Below are positions 48,638-58,855 of a DNA stretch of 64,000 bases, in pieces. The stretch's first letter is position 1; every line of letters starts with the position of its first letter. Origin of the DNA: an uncultured cyanobacterium (GTDB taxonomy: Bacteria; Cyanobacteriota; Cyanobacteriia; Phormidesmidales; Phormidesmidaceae); NCBI GenBank assembly GCA_963740915.1, contig CAVUFV010000012.1, positions 5,483-69,482 of the forward strand, in the 5' to 3' direction. The notes under the pieces are model-generated. The model was not told where the DNA came from. It searched no databases and saw nothing but the letters and a program-made list of their open reading frames with translations. A program made the translations under genes and the position numbers.

Positions 48638-49279
48638 CTATTTGTTCGGCTGAGGGGTCATCCGTAAGTAAGGTTTGACTTCAGTCACGCCTTTCGGAAA
48701 CTTCTTCTTCGCATCTTCGGTCGAAATAGACGGCACCACCACACAGTCGCCGCCATCTTGCCAGTTACCAGGAGTAGCGACACTGTGATAGTCAGTGAGC
48801 TGCAAAGAGTCAATCACGCGCAAAATCTCGTCAAAATTACGGCCCGTGCTGGCTGGGTAAGTAATGGTGAGCCGAATTTTTTTATTCGGATCAATGATAA
48901 AGACAGAGCGCACCGTCAGCGTGTTGCCAGTGCTGGATTCAGGGTGCAGCATCCCATATAGAGTGGCGACCTTTTTGTCATCGTCTGCCAAAATCGGATA
49001 GTTGACGGTGGTGCCTTGGGTTTCGTCAATATCTTTAATCCAGCCTTGGTGAGACTCTACGCCATCAACGCTAAGCGCGATGGTTTTGACATTGCGCTTT
49101 TTAAACTCGTCTTGCAAAGCGCCGACTAAGCCTAGCTCGGTGGTGCACACAGGCGTATAGTCAGCCGGGTGAGAAAAGAGGACAACCCAGCTATCGCCTG
49201 CCCATTCGTGAAAATTGATGTCGCCTAAAGAAGACTTTTGTGAAAAATCGGGGGCAATATCGCCTAGTTGAAGTGTCAT
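48638..49279 (-). CDS. 1-Cys peroxiredoxin (Prx6 family)
   Basis: FSHPADYTPVCTTE, YPASTGRNFDEILRVIDSLQ; start MTLQLGD. Confidence 0.95.
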   Translation of the reverse strand: MTLQLGDIAPDFSQKSSLGDINFHEWAGDSWVVLFSHPADYTPVCTTELGLVGALQDEFKKRNVKTIALSVDGVESHQGWIKDIDETQGTTVNYPILADDDKKVATLYGMLHPESSTGNTLTVRSVFIIDPNKKIRLTITYPASTGRNFDEILRVIDSLQLTDYHSVATPGNWQDGGDCVVVPSISTEDAKKKFPKGVTEVKPYLRMTPQPNK

Positions 49280-49603
49280 GGTTTGAGTTACCTGAATTCG
49301 ATTACCTAATTTAGGATAGGGTTTGCTTTGAAATTTTACTGACAAACAAGCGGATTGAGCTGACGCTCTACAGAAAACTTCTCAAGAAAGCTTCTCAAGA
49401 AAACTAAAAACTTCTCAAGAAAATTTCTCAAAGGAACCTTCTGTAACAAATTTTGCCATAATCCCCGGTATTCCGGTCGGAATATAGATGATTATTTACA
49501 GTTTGCGAGGGTTGGCCTCATCGCCGTCCGTAAATTTTCCGCTAGGTACTCGATACAACGCTCAAACCCTTAAACTAAAGGCTCAACCTTAACTACAAAG
49601 ATC

Positions 49604-50344
49604 ATGGTAGATACTTCCTCCCAAAAGCCTTCTAGCTCAGAAACTGGCTCAACTACGAGCCGAGTTTTACTGGTCGATGACGAACCGGGCCTGCGCGAAT
49701 CGGTGCAAGCCTACCTAGAAGACAGCAATTTTGCCGTTAAGGTCGCAAGCAATGCGGCAGAAGGCTGGGATTTATTGCAGCAGGAAACGCCCAATGTGCT
49801 GATTTCAGATATTATGATGCCGCAAGTAGATGGCTATCAGTTTCTGAAGCAGGTACGCGAAGATGTGCGCTTTCAGGCGTTGCCAGTGGTGTTTTTGACC
49901 GCACGAGGAATGACAAGCGATCGCATACAAGGCTACAAAGCAGGCGCGGATGCTTACCTGGCCAAACCTTTTGATCCGGAAGAACTCGTGGCCATTCTTA
50001 CCAACCTGATTGATCGCCGCGCTGCTCAAGCGCCAGATCCTTCTGCAACGCCCGACATGGCTACCATGGCAAGGCAAATCGAAGAAATTAGAGCTTTGCT
50101 CACCCAGCGCGGCAGCTTAATTAAGCAAAACAATAGCGGCATCCGCATCGATTTCACCCCGCGTGAGCAGGACGTACTCAACCTCGTAGCCGAAGGGCTG
50201 ATGAATAAAGAAATCGCTAGCCGCCTTGGAACTACCGTTCGCAACGTTGAAAAATACGTTAGCCGTCTGTTTGGCAAAACCGGCACCAACAGCCGCACAG
50301 AGCTGGTTCGCTACGCGCTTGAGAACGGCCTCGTAACGACTTAA
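49604..50344 (+). CDS. NarL-family response regulator, Rre1/Ycf29-like
   Basis: VDDEPGLR, SDIMMP, TPREQDVLNLVAEGLMNKEIA...RNVEKYVSRLF.KTGTNSRTELVR. Confidence 0.92.
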   Translation: MVDTSSQKPSSSETGSTTSRVLLVDDEPGLRESVQAYLEDSNFAVKVASNAAEGWDLLQQETPNVLISDIMMPQVDGYQFLKQVREDVRFQALPVVFLTARGMTSDRIQGYKAGADAYLAKPFDPEELVAILTNLIDRRAAQAPDPSATPDMATMARQIEEIRALLTQRGSLIKQNNSGIRIDFTPREQDVLNLVAEGLMNKEIASRLGTTVRNVEKYVSRLFGKTGTNSRTELVRYALENGLVTT

Positions 50345-50678
50345 ATGAGTTACCGCTTTAAGAAAAGCAAAGGCAGTGCAGATCAAATGGGCAGCCATTC
50401 TGCATTGAACTCATTTCCATAGCTTGAGTTCCATTGCTTGAGACGGAACGGCTGCGATGGCGACCAGCCACTTGAAAAGATGGCCATCTAGAAGATGGCG
50501 AAAGTTAAGACCGATCACAGTTAATATATACGTTCGCGAAAAGAAGCGTTTTTGAAACTTTGAAGATAGCTACAATATTCGCCCAGGGCAAGAATTGATC
50601 AGAGATCCAGTCCCCTAGATGATATGCCGTTGGAGGTGTAAGAACAGCGGAACATATCTACTAGCGATACTAGCGATA

Positions 50679-51603
50679 CTAGCGATACAGAACTCGGGTA
50701 GAAAATCCTCTAGCGCGGGCGGCATCGGCGCGAGCTTCTGCGGGCGATCGCTGACCAAAGCTGCCGATATTAATAAATGACCCCTGACGTAGGCTATCAA
50801 TATAGGCGTCCGGGAAGAATTGTCGGACGCTCGCTAGCTGCGATTCATCGGCAATGACAGCTGTAATGTAAGGGTAGTTAGGAACGCCAAATCCCATTGC
50901 TTGGAGGGTATCATTATCGGCTTCACCCGTGACGTTGAGTCCTTGAACTCGCTGATAGGTGCGTACGGCCTGCTCCGTTTCAAAACCATAGATACCATCG
51001 ACAAACACCGGAATGCCAAAGCCATTGAGACGCTGCTGAAGGGCAATCACGTCAGTACCCGTAGTGCCTGAGGAGAGACTACCGGCAATTAGCGAAGGGA
51101 GTCTCGAAGCGCTCGGAGCTGCCACCACCGCAGGCGCGCTCGGTGCCGCGGGCAGAAAATCAAAATCCATATCTTTGAGCGTGGCTTCATCAGCGACCCC
51201 AGTGGCGGGCAAATCGCGAATGCGCTGATAGGTCGCAACAGCATCAGCAGTTTCTTGATTATATATGCCATCGACCATGAAAGGATAGAGGCCATTGCGG
51301 GTGAGCAAGCGCTGTAAAGCTCGTACATCTGCGCCGCTATCACCTAGCCGTAAGCTACGACTATTGAGAGCGACTGCAAGCAGCTGGTTGGGCTGGAAAG
51401 AAACCACCTGAATAGAAGCAGAGATACCCCCTCGCAAAGTCAACAGCCGATTCAGCAGTCGGAAAAGCGGAGGTCTTCGGCATTGAGCTATGGGCGATCG
51501 CCGGTAGCTGAACCAGCTGCACAAAAGCCAGCCCGTAGAGTCCCCAACCTAAATACCGCAAACCTAAATAACGAACTAGAGCGCGAACAGCGAGCTGCTT
51601 CAT
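50679..51603 (-). CDS. Secreted peptidoglycan-binding-domain protein (2 x PG_binding_1); signal peptide appears separated by a +1 frameshift
   Basis: LRLGDSGADVRALQRLL...VDGIY...YQR twice in 50679-51524; signal-like MKQLAV...PAIAH in the 51603 frame; frames join by removing one G of the G5 run at 51427-51431. Confidence 0.75.
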
Positions 51604-51799
51604 AGTGACGATATGACTCCAATTTGCGTTGAGTTATAGACTATAGGAATTATGACGCATTCATCTATCAAAATTTAATGTTAAATGCCGATATCAATGG
51701 GTATTTGGGTCAAACCTAGCGCTGTCTGCTCGGCTGTTTTGGCTGATGTCTGCCGTTGTTAGGGTGGATTCATCTCTTAGCTATTTTTCAGGAAAGACC

Positions 51800-52843
51800 A
51801 TGTTTCGGCCTCAAATTCGAGAAGCTTCAAAGCGGTTTTTATTCGGCAATCGCTCCTATCCAGAAATTGAGCGTATCGGCGATCCACATTCTTACTGGGG
51901 CGATATCTATCATCTTCTGCTAACCATGCCTTGGCCGACATTTGTCAGCCTGACTAGCCTGCTCTATCTGCTAATCAATGCGCTGTTTGGCTTGGCCTAC
52001 GGCATCGGCGGCGGAATTGCAACGGTCAATGAGTATGAGTCAGCGTACTTTTTAGAGCTGTTTTTCTTTAGCGTGCAGACAATGGCCTCCATTGGCTATG
52101 GGGCTATGTATCCCGCTAGTTTGTACGCGCATTCGGTGGTGGTGATTGAGTCGATTGTCGGCTTGTTCTTTATTGCAACGACGACAGGGCTTGTATTTGC
52201 GCGGTTTTCGCTGCCTACCGCAAGGATTTTGTTTAGCGATGTGGCGGTGATTGCCCCTTTTAATGGCGTGCCGACGCTGATGTTTCGCACGGCTAATAAG
52301 CGTAAAAACTATATTTTAGAAGCGCAGCTATGGGTGACTCTAGTACGCGACGAGTTTAGTAAAGAAGGCGAATTTATGCGGCGCTTTCACGACTTGCCGT
52401 TGGTGCGATCGCACACTCCTGTTTTCAGCCTCTCCTGGACAGCCATGCACGCCATTGAGCCAGGAGGACTGCTCGACGGCGATAGCATGGATACGTTGAA
52501 ACGCGATGACGCTCAAATCATTGTTACCCTCACCGGATTTGATGAAACCCTAGCGCAAACCATCCATGCCAGACATACCTTTAAAGCTGACGACATTCAC
52601 TGGAATCACCGCTTTGCCGATATTTTGCTGATTGGTTCTCACGGCAGGCGCGTGATCAATTTCAACCAGTTTAATGTGATTCAGCCAATTGATGACCCCC
52701 GTCAGTTTCCCAATGGTCTGAGGCGGTTTCGCGGCAATACCAGTACTGGCAATACCGGCGGCAATACCAGTAACGGCAACAATCGGAGCAACAGTAACGG
52801 CAACAACAGCCATGAAAACCAGCCAGACGAAACCCGCAGCTAG
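51800..52843 (+). CDS. Inward-rectifier potassium channel (KirBac)
   Basis: FFFSVQTMASIGYG filter, GLVFARFS.P.ARILFS, PTLMFRTANKR. Confidence 0.94.
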   Translation: MFRPQIREASKRFLFGNRSYPEIERIGDPHSYWGDIYHLLLTMPWPTFVSLTSLLYLLINALFGLAYGIGGGIATVNEYESAYFLELFFFSVQTMASIGYGAMYPASLYAHSVVVIESIVGLFFIATTTGLVFARFSLPTARILFSDVAVIAPFNGVPTLMFRTANKRKNYILEAQLWVTLVRDEFSKEGEFMRRFHDLPLVRSHTPVFSLSWTAMHAIEPGGLLDGDSMDTLKRDDAQIIVTLTGFDETLAQTIHARHTFKADDIHWNHRFADILLIGSHGRRVINFNQFNVIQPIDDPRQFPNGLRRFRGNTSTGNTGGNTSNGNNRSNSNGNNSHENQPDETRS

Positions 52844-53015
52844 ACCTTCAGCTATATCGTAAATTAAGCCCATTATTCATCTCCGTTTAAGCCCATTATT
52901 CATCTCGGCATCGTCTAATCTCTATACGACGACAGACTCCCTAGCTGCAAAAATTCGATAACACAAAGGCAGGCAGTTTTGACTCGCTCTGTTCTAACTT
53001 TTGGAAGTCTTTTGT

Positions 53016-54689
53016 ATGCAAACGTACGACATCGTCATGATTGGTGCCGGACATAACGGCTTAGTCTGTGCCGCTTATTTGCTCAAGGCCGGATACAGCG
53101 TAGCTCTGTTAGAAAAACGCTCGATTCCCGGCGGTGCAGCCACCACTGAAGAGACAATCCCTGACGAGGCCCCTGGATTTAAGTTTAACCGCTGTGCCAT
53201 TGACCACGAATTTATCCATTTAGGGCCAGTTGTCGAAGAGCTAGAGCTGAAAAAGTACGGCCTTGAATATCTGTTTTGTGATCCCGCTGTTTTTTGTCCT
53301 CATCCTGATGGCAAGTACTTTTTGGCCCATCGTTCGCTGGATAAAACCTGCGAGGAAATCGCCCAATTTAGCCCTCGTGACGCTCAAAAATACAGAGAAT
53401 TCATTGATTTTTGGCAGCGTTTGACCAAAGCTATTCAGCCAGTATTTAACGCCCCACCGCAGGCAATTTTTGACATTTTAGGTAACTACGATGCCAAGAG
53501 CATTCAAAGTCTTTTGAGCGTGTTGGGCGGCCCGAATAAAACGCTGGATTTGATTCGCACGATGCTCACTAGCCCTGAAGACATTTTAAATGAGTATTTT
53601 GATTCCGAATTTTTAAAAGCGCCGTTGGCTCGGCTCGCTTCTGAATTTGGAGCACCGCCCTCACAAAAGACGATTTCAGTTGGGGGCATGATGATGTCGA
53701 TGAGGCATCATCCGGGCATGGCCAGACCTCGTGGCGGTACGGGCGCACTCACTGACGCTCTAGTGAAGCTGGTAAAGGCCAAAGGCGGGGTGATCTTAAC
53801 GGATCAGAGCGTCAAGCGAATTTTGGTAGATGACAACCGGGCGGTAGGCGTGCAGGTAGATGATGGCACTGAATACCGGGCAAAAGTAGGCGTGATTTCA
53901 AACATTGATGCTAAGCGAGTGTTTTTGCAGCTAATAGCACCGGGCGATGTGAATGCCGCTAGTGAAAATTTGAAAGAGCGCCTAGAGCGCCGGATTGTGA
54001 ACAACAATGAAACAATTTTGCGAATTGACTGCGCGCTTTCAGAAGCGCCGAGATTTGAAGCGTACAATCACCGCGATGAGTATTTAATCGGTTCGGTGCT
54101 GATTGCCGATTCGGTGCGCCAAGTTGAAATTGCGCATCAGCAGCCTGCCATTGGCAACATTCCAGATGACGATCCGTCTTTTTATGCGGTGGTGCCCACG
54201 ATGCGCGATCCGAGTATGGCTCCGACCGGCAAGCATACGCTGTGGGTGGAATTTTTTGCGCCGTACCAGATTGCGGGCGCGGAAGGCACGGGGCATTTGG
54301 GTACGGGCTGGACAGATGATCTGAAAAATAAGGTAGCTGATCGAGTCATGGATAAGCTGGCAACCTATGCGCCTAATATCAAAGACGCTGTGATTGCGCG
54401 AAATGTGGAGAGTCCATCTGAATTGGGCGATCGCCTCGGCGCATACAAAGGCAACTACTACCACATTGATATGACCTTGGATCAAATGGTCTTTTTCCGG
54501 CCTTTGCCAGAAATTGCCAACTACACCACCCCGATTGACGGGCTTTTTCTCACGGGCGCGGGCACCCATCCAGGCGGTGCGATTTCAGGAATGCCAGGGC
54601 GGAACTGCGCGCGCACGGTGCTGAATGTAGAGCGGCCAATTATGAACCGGCTACAAGAAATCGGTAAGTCTATTTTTCACAAGCGCTAG
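53016..54689 (+). CDS. crtO: Beta-carotene ketolase (CrtO type, phytoene-dehydrogenase superfamily)
   Basis: IGAGHNGLVCAAYL, CAIDHEFIHLGPV, GAGTHPGG.ISGMPGRNCA. Confidence 0.88.
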   Translation: MQTYDIVMIGAGHNGLVCAAYLLKAGYSVALLEKRSIPGGAATTEETIPDEAPGFKFNRCAIDHEFIHLGPVVEELELKKYGLEYLFCDPAVFCPHPDGKYFLAHRSLDKTCEEIAQFSPRDAQKYREFIDFWQRLTKAIQPVFNAPPQAIFDILGNYDAKSIQSLLSVLGGPNKTLDLIRTMLTSPEDILNEYFDSEFLKAPLARLASEFGAPPSQKTISVGGMMMSMRHHPGMARPRGGTGALTDALVKLVKAKGGVILTDQSVKRILVDDNRAVGVQVDDGTEYRAKVGVISNIDAKRVFLQLIAPGDVNAASENLKERLERRIVNNNETILRIDCALSEAPRFEAYNHRDEYLIGSVLIADSVRQVEIAHQQPAIGNIPDDDPSFYAVVPTMRDPSMAPTGKHTLWVEFFAPYQIAGAEGTGHLGTGWTDDLKNKVADRVMDKLATYAPNIKDAVIARNVESPSELGDRLGAYKGNYYHIDMTLDQMVFFRPLPEIANYTTPIDGLFLTGAGTHPGGAISGMPGRNCARTVLNVERPIMNRLQEIGKSIFHKR

Positions 54690-54804
54690 CCGCAGTTGTT
54701 ATTAAGCTTTTAACAATCTGTATCAGCGCTAACCCCTTTGTTCGATACTGTTTTAAAGTGAGCATTAGCGATGCTTACGTACAGCTAAGGGGTCACGGTT
54801 GAAA

Positions 54805-55353
54805 ATGGCTATTAGTCGGCGAGAGATGGAAGCGTGGGGCTCAGGCGGACTTGGTTGGATGCATCGAGGGGGGTTAGCGATCGCGCTGACTACTTTCATA
54901 ATCATTTTGATGATGACGCTAAGCTTCGCCTGGGCAAATCCCGCTCAAGCCATTAACTTTGACCGTAAAAATCTGCGCCAGCAAGACTTCTCTGGCCAGG
55001 ATTTAACCGACAACGACTACACCCGCGCTGATATGACCTCAGCGAATTTGAGCCATACCAATTTGGCGGGCGTTCGCCTATTTACCACTCATCTCGACAA
55101 AGCCAACTTGGAAGGGGCCAACCTCACAGGCGCAACGCTAGACGGAGCGACGCTGGTGAAAGCTAACCTCAAAGATGCCATACTCGAAGGCGCTTACGTA
55201 ATCAGCGCTGATTTTCGCGGGGCAAACATCGAAGGCGCTGATTTTACCGATGTTCTCTTTGATCCCCGCGTGAACAACCTGCTGTGCGAAACCGCTAGCG
55301 GCACCAATCCAACCACGCAAAGAGAAACCAGAGAAACCCTGTTCTGCGACTGA
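54805..55353 (+). CDS. Pentapeptide-repeat protein (exported/lumenal)
   Basis: Signal peptide ending NPAQA; A(D/N)Lxx repeats; C-terminal LC..ASGTNP.T.R.TRETL.C. Confidence 0.92.
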   Translation: MAISRREMEAWGSGGLGWMHRGGLAIALTTFIIILMMTLSFAWANPAQAINFDRKNLRQQDFSGQDLTDNDYTRADMTSANLSHTNLAGVRLFTTHLDKANLEGANLTGATLDGATLVKANLKDAILEGAYVISADFRGANIEGADFTDVLFDPRVNNLLCETASGTNPTTQRETRETLFCD

Positions 55354-55690
55354 TCTAGGCTTGGTTCAAAAAAAAGGCCAATTTTAGGTGACGCTCGCAG
55401 CGCAAAGTAGCGCAAAGCTCGCATCTAGGGCTTGCTGCGCTTTATTGCTTTGCTGATAGATAAACTCCCGGCTGACCTAGTTATGTTGTGGCCAAGTGGC
55501 TGATGGGTTGCGATCGCGAGAGGACTTGGATACCGATATCTTGGCGAATGTCAGAGGATAGACGGTCACAAAAATTCGTACGGTCCCATTTCGTACGGTT
55601 CAATATTGAGTGATATTCTCTCAAAGTCTGGGAAATTCATTTAGGCTAGTGATTTTCTATCCGTAAACTGCCCATTTGTGATCGTTTAGG

Positions 55691-58663
55691 ATGCTTGCTG
55701 CTACTTTTCGCTCTGTGCTGGCTAGCTGTGCAACGGCTTGGTTGGTTGTCGGGATGTCTCCTTGGGTGGCTCCGTCGTTGGCGCAATCTGAGGAGCCGCC
55801 CGTCAATGAGTCCGTCAATGAGCCCGTCAATGAGCCGCCTGTAGACCTGCGGCAGCGGGCGGAGCAATTGTGGCAAAAGCATCAGGTCTCTTTGATTCTG
55901 GCAGGTGTGGGTTCAGGTGCGGCGGTGGTGGGATATCTGAGCATTTTGGGATTCAAGCCGCTGTGGTTGCTGAAGCTGCCTTCTGAGGATATTGCAGTGC
56001 CTTGGACGAGTTGGAAGGTGCCTTTGGCTGGGGTTAAGTGGCTAAAGTATCGCGATCACACCCTAAACGCCTGGGTCAACCAGCACTGGCAAACGGCTGA
56101 GGCTACGTTTTTTCAGCTCACTACGGCTGAGGATCGGGCGATTCACATTGCGCTGCCGGTTGAGTTAAATCGGCAGTTTGTAGAAGCCCTCAATGGGCAG
56201 GCGCTAGCGCCCACCTTTGTCAAAACGCCAGCGGTACTGCTGATCGCGGGCGAAGGCGGTGCAGGTAAAACTAGCCTTGCCTGTCAGATTGCGCGTTTGG
56301 GATTGCACCGGCAGCTAGCGGCTCATCGAATGTTGCCAGTGCTGGTGGAGACTGAGCTGGATGACAAAAGGTCGCTTTCTGAGATTGTGCGGGGGCAGTT
56401 GAATGCACTGACGAATCAGCGAGAGGCTTTAGCGCCAGAGCTGCTAGAGCGCCTGCTGCGCCGCAAGCGAATTTTAGTCATTGTCGATCACTTTTCAGAA
56501 ATGAGCGAAGCAACCCGCCGCCAAATCAGCCCGGAGCTACCGGATTTTCCGGTTCAGGCGTTGGTTGTGACCTCTCGCTTAGAGCAAGATCTCGCAAGCG
56601 TACCTAAAACGGTTCTGAAGCCTTTGCGCATCGAAGGGGGGCGGCTCTCACAGTTTATGGATGCCTATTTAGGGCAGCGCCAAAAACGCGATTTGTTTGA
56701 AGACGAGGATTATTTTGATGCCTGTCGGCGGCTTTCGCGCATGGTGGGGCAGCGCAATATTACGCTTTTACTCGCCCGCCTGTATGCCGACCAAATGATC
56801 GAGCAGCAGCAGGGCGCAGGGGGGACGCTCCCGGCTTCGGTGCCTGAGCTGATGCTGAGCTATCTCAACCAGCTAAACCGGACGATTGAACCGGCTAATC
56901 AGCGGGATTATTTGGCCGTGCAGCAGGATGCTCAGCGCGTGGCGTGGGCGTGTTTGCAGCAAACCTATCGGCCTGCGGCAGCGGCCAAGGCTGGCGCAGA
57001 AGGGGTACTTGCGGCATTGGCAGATCCTGAGGCTCAGGCCAGACTCGCCTATTTAGAGAATCGGCTGCGGCTGATTCAAACCTTAGAACCCGGCGATCGC
57101 GTTCGCATCGTGTTAGATCCACTGGCGGAGTATTTAGCGGCCTTATGCCTTGTTGAAGACTGCCGCGAACAGCCCGAAGAGCGCTGGGCACAGTTTTTAA
57201 ACTCCATTGACCCGATACTGGCACAGACAAACGATCTGCCCGCAGCGATTCAGGGCTTTTTGCTGGCGGTGCGCGATTGCTGCTTGCTGAAGCAAAAAGA
57301 AGCCCAGGTGCCCGATCAGGTGCCTGAGGCATTGGCTCGCAAAGCGGGGTTAGATCCGGAAGAGCTGCGCAAAATTGAGGAAAAACGCCGCATCCGTCTA
57401 TTGATTTCAGATCTATCTGCGCCGGAGCTAGAGTATCGCATTCGGGCGGCGGATGATTTGGGGCAGCGCGGGGTAGCCGCCGCGATGGCGGTGCCTAATT
57501 TGCTGGGAATGGTGGAGAACCCGAACCAGAGCGCTGAGGCTCGGCAGGCGGCAACGCGGGCATTGGGTGAGCTGGGGCGTTGCAGCGACAGCTTGCGCCA
57601 TGACATTGCCCCGCGCTTGCTGGCGCTGCTTCAGCAGGATAGTGACGAGCTGATGGTGCGACGTAGCTTGGCAGAAGCCCTGGGCAGGATGAAAGCTTGT
57701 AAGGCTGAATTGCTAGCCCTGCTGGCTAACGCTGAGCAGCCGCTGAGCTTACGGCAAGGCGCGGCCTGTGCGCTGAGCCTGATAGGGGCTGCTAGCGGCG
57801 AGTCGGTTTCGATGCTGATGGTGGCGCTACAGGGCGATCAGGTGGAGACACAGGTAAAGCCTATTACGGTTTGGCAGGAACCCCTGACAGCAGAAATTAC
57901 TCTCGATATGGTGGCTATTCCAGACGGTGACTTTCTCATGGGGTCACCGCCTGATGAAGTCGGTCGAGATTACTATGCCTATAATTATCCTGAAACAGAA
58001 GGGATCGATGTAGAGGCGCAGCATCGGGTTACGGTGTCTGCTTTTTCGATGGGGCGATATCCCATTACTCAAGCGCAGTGGCGCACGGTGGCCCAATTGC
58101 CCAAGGTCAATCGAGATTTAGATCCTGATCCAGCTAACTTTAAAGGCGATCAGCGACCGGTGGAAGTGGTGTCTTGGTCTGAGGCGGTGGAATTTTGCGA
58201 TCGGCTCTCCCAACACACTGGCAAAATCTATCGTCTTCCCAGCGAAGCGGAATGGGAATATGCCTGCCGAGCCGGGACTACCACGCCGTTTCATTTGGGA
58301 AACACGCTTTCTACAGACTTAGCGAACTACGACGGCAATTACACCTATGGCGATGGCGTGACCGGTCTTTACCGGCAGAAAACGTCAGAAGTTGGCAGTT
58401 TTGGCTTGGTAAATGCTTTTGGTTTGGCCGATATGCACGGCAATGTTTTGGAATGGTGTTTAGATCATTGGCATCCGAGTTATGAAGGTGCACCCACGGA
58501 TGGCAGTGCTTGGATAACGGACGGAGATGACCGTTATCGGCTGCTGCGGGGCGGTTCTTGGTACAACTACCCTGACTACTGCCGCTCGGCCAATCGCGGC
58601 AGGAACGCGCGCGATTACAGGGACAACAATCTGGGTTTTCGGGTTGTCTGCGCATCCTCGTGA
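55691..58663 (+). CDS. Membrane-anchored NACHT NTPase + HEAT repeats + FGE-sulfatase (C-type-lectin fold) protein; DGR-type target gene
   Basis: Signal/TM; Walker A GEGGAGKT; Walker B ILVIVDH; HEAT repeats; RLPSEAEWEYACRAG, DMHGNVLEWC, RGGSW...GFRVV. Confidence 0.92.
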   Translation: MLAATFRSVLASCATAWLVVGMSPWVAPSLAQSEEPPVNESVNEPVNEPPVDLRQRAEQLWQKHQVSLILAGVGSGAAVVGYLSILGFKPLWLLKLPSEDIAVPWTSWKVPLAGVKWLKYRDHTLNAWVNQHWQTAEATFFQLTTAEDRAIHIALPVELNRQFVEALNGQALAPTFVKTPAVLLIAGEGGAGKTSLACQIARLGLHRQLAAHRMLPVLVETELDDKRSLSEIVRGQLNALTNQREALAPELLERLLRRKRILVIVDHFSEMSEATRRQISPELPDFPVQALVVTSRLEQDLASVPKTVLKPLRIEGGRLSQFMDAYLGQRQKRDLFEDEDYFDACRRLSRMVGQRNITLLLARLYADQMIEQQQGAGGTLPASVPELMLSYLNQLNRTIEPANQRDYLAVQQDAQRVAWACLQQTYRPAAAAKAGAEGVLAALADPEAQARLAYLENRLRLIQTLEPGDRVRIVLDPLAEYLAALCLVEDCREQPEERWAQFLNSIDPILAQTNDLPAAIQGFLLAVRDCCLLKQKEAQVPDQVPEALARKAGLDPEELRKIEEKRRIRLLISDLSAPELEYRIRAADDLGQRGVAAAMAVPNLLGMVENPNQSAEARQAATRALGELGRCSDSLRHDIAPRLLALLQQDSDELMVRRSLAEALGRMKACKAELLALLANAEQPLSLRQGAACALSLIGAASGESVSMLMVALQGDQVETQVKPITVWQEPLTAEITLDMVAIPDGDFLMGSPPDEVGRDYYAYNYPETEGIDVEAQHRVTVSAFSMGRYPITQAQWRTVAQLPKVNRDLDPDPANFKGDQRPVEVVSWSEAVEFCDRLSQHTGKIYRLPSEAEWEYACRAGTTTPFHLGNTLSTDLANYDGNYTYGDGVTGLYRQKTSEVGSFGLVNAFGLADMHGNVLEWCLDHWHPSYEGAPTDGSAWITDGDDRYRLLRGGSWYNYPDYCRSANRGRNARDYRDNNLGFRVVCASS
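58541..58663 (+). other. Putative DGR variable repeat (VR) with IMH end
   Basis: Between RGGSW and GFRVV the variable codons are mostly NNC/NNT (TAC AAC TAC, GAC TAC, GGC, GAT TAC, GAC AAC AAT), as expected from A-mutagenesis of AAC/AAT. Confidence 0.7.
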
Positions 58664-58747
58664 ATTCTTGTGTAGCACTTGGCGCTTTTGCCCTTTTGCC
58701 CTCTGCCCTTCTTATCTTTACCCTTCTGCTCTTTTCTTCTCCCTCTT

Positions 58748-58764
58748 ATCTCGCGTAGCGAGAT
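58748..58764 (+). other. DGR-type cis-acting DNA hairpin downstream of the VR
   Basis: ATCTCGC-GTA-GCGAGAT, perfect 7-bp stem with a GNA loop, after a pyrimidine-rich spacer. Confidence 0.6.
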
Positions 58765-58798
58765 CGATTTAAAATGCGTTTTTAGCAGTGATTTGCCG

Positions 58799-58834
58799 AT
58801 GTCCACCGAGCTACCGATCATCCAGAAAACTTAC
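58799..58834 (+). pseudogene. avd: 5' remnant of DGR accessory gene avd
   Basis: MSTELPIIQKTY matches, from memory, the N-terminus of cyanobacterial Avd (ELPIIQKTYDL...); canonical position after VR/hairpin; similarity stops after Tyr12. Confidence 0.7.
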
Positions 58835-58855
58835 CTTCACACTCGGAGAAAACCT

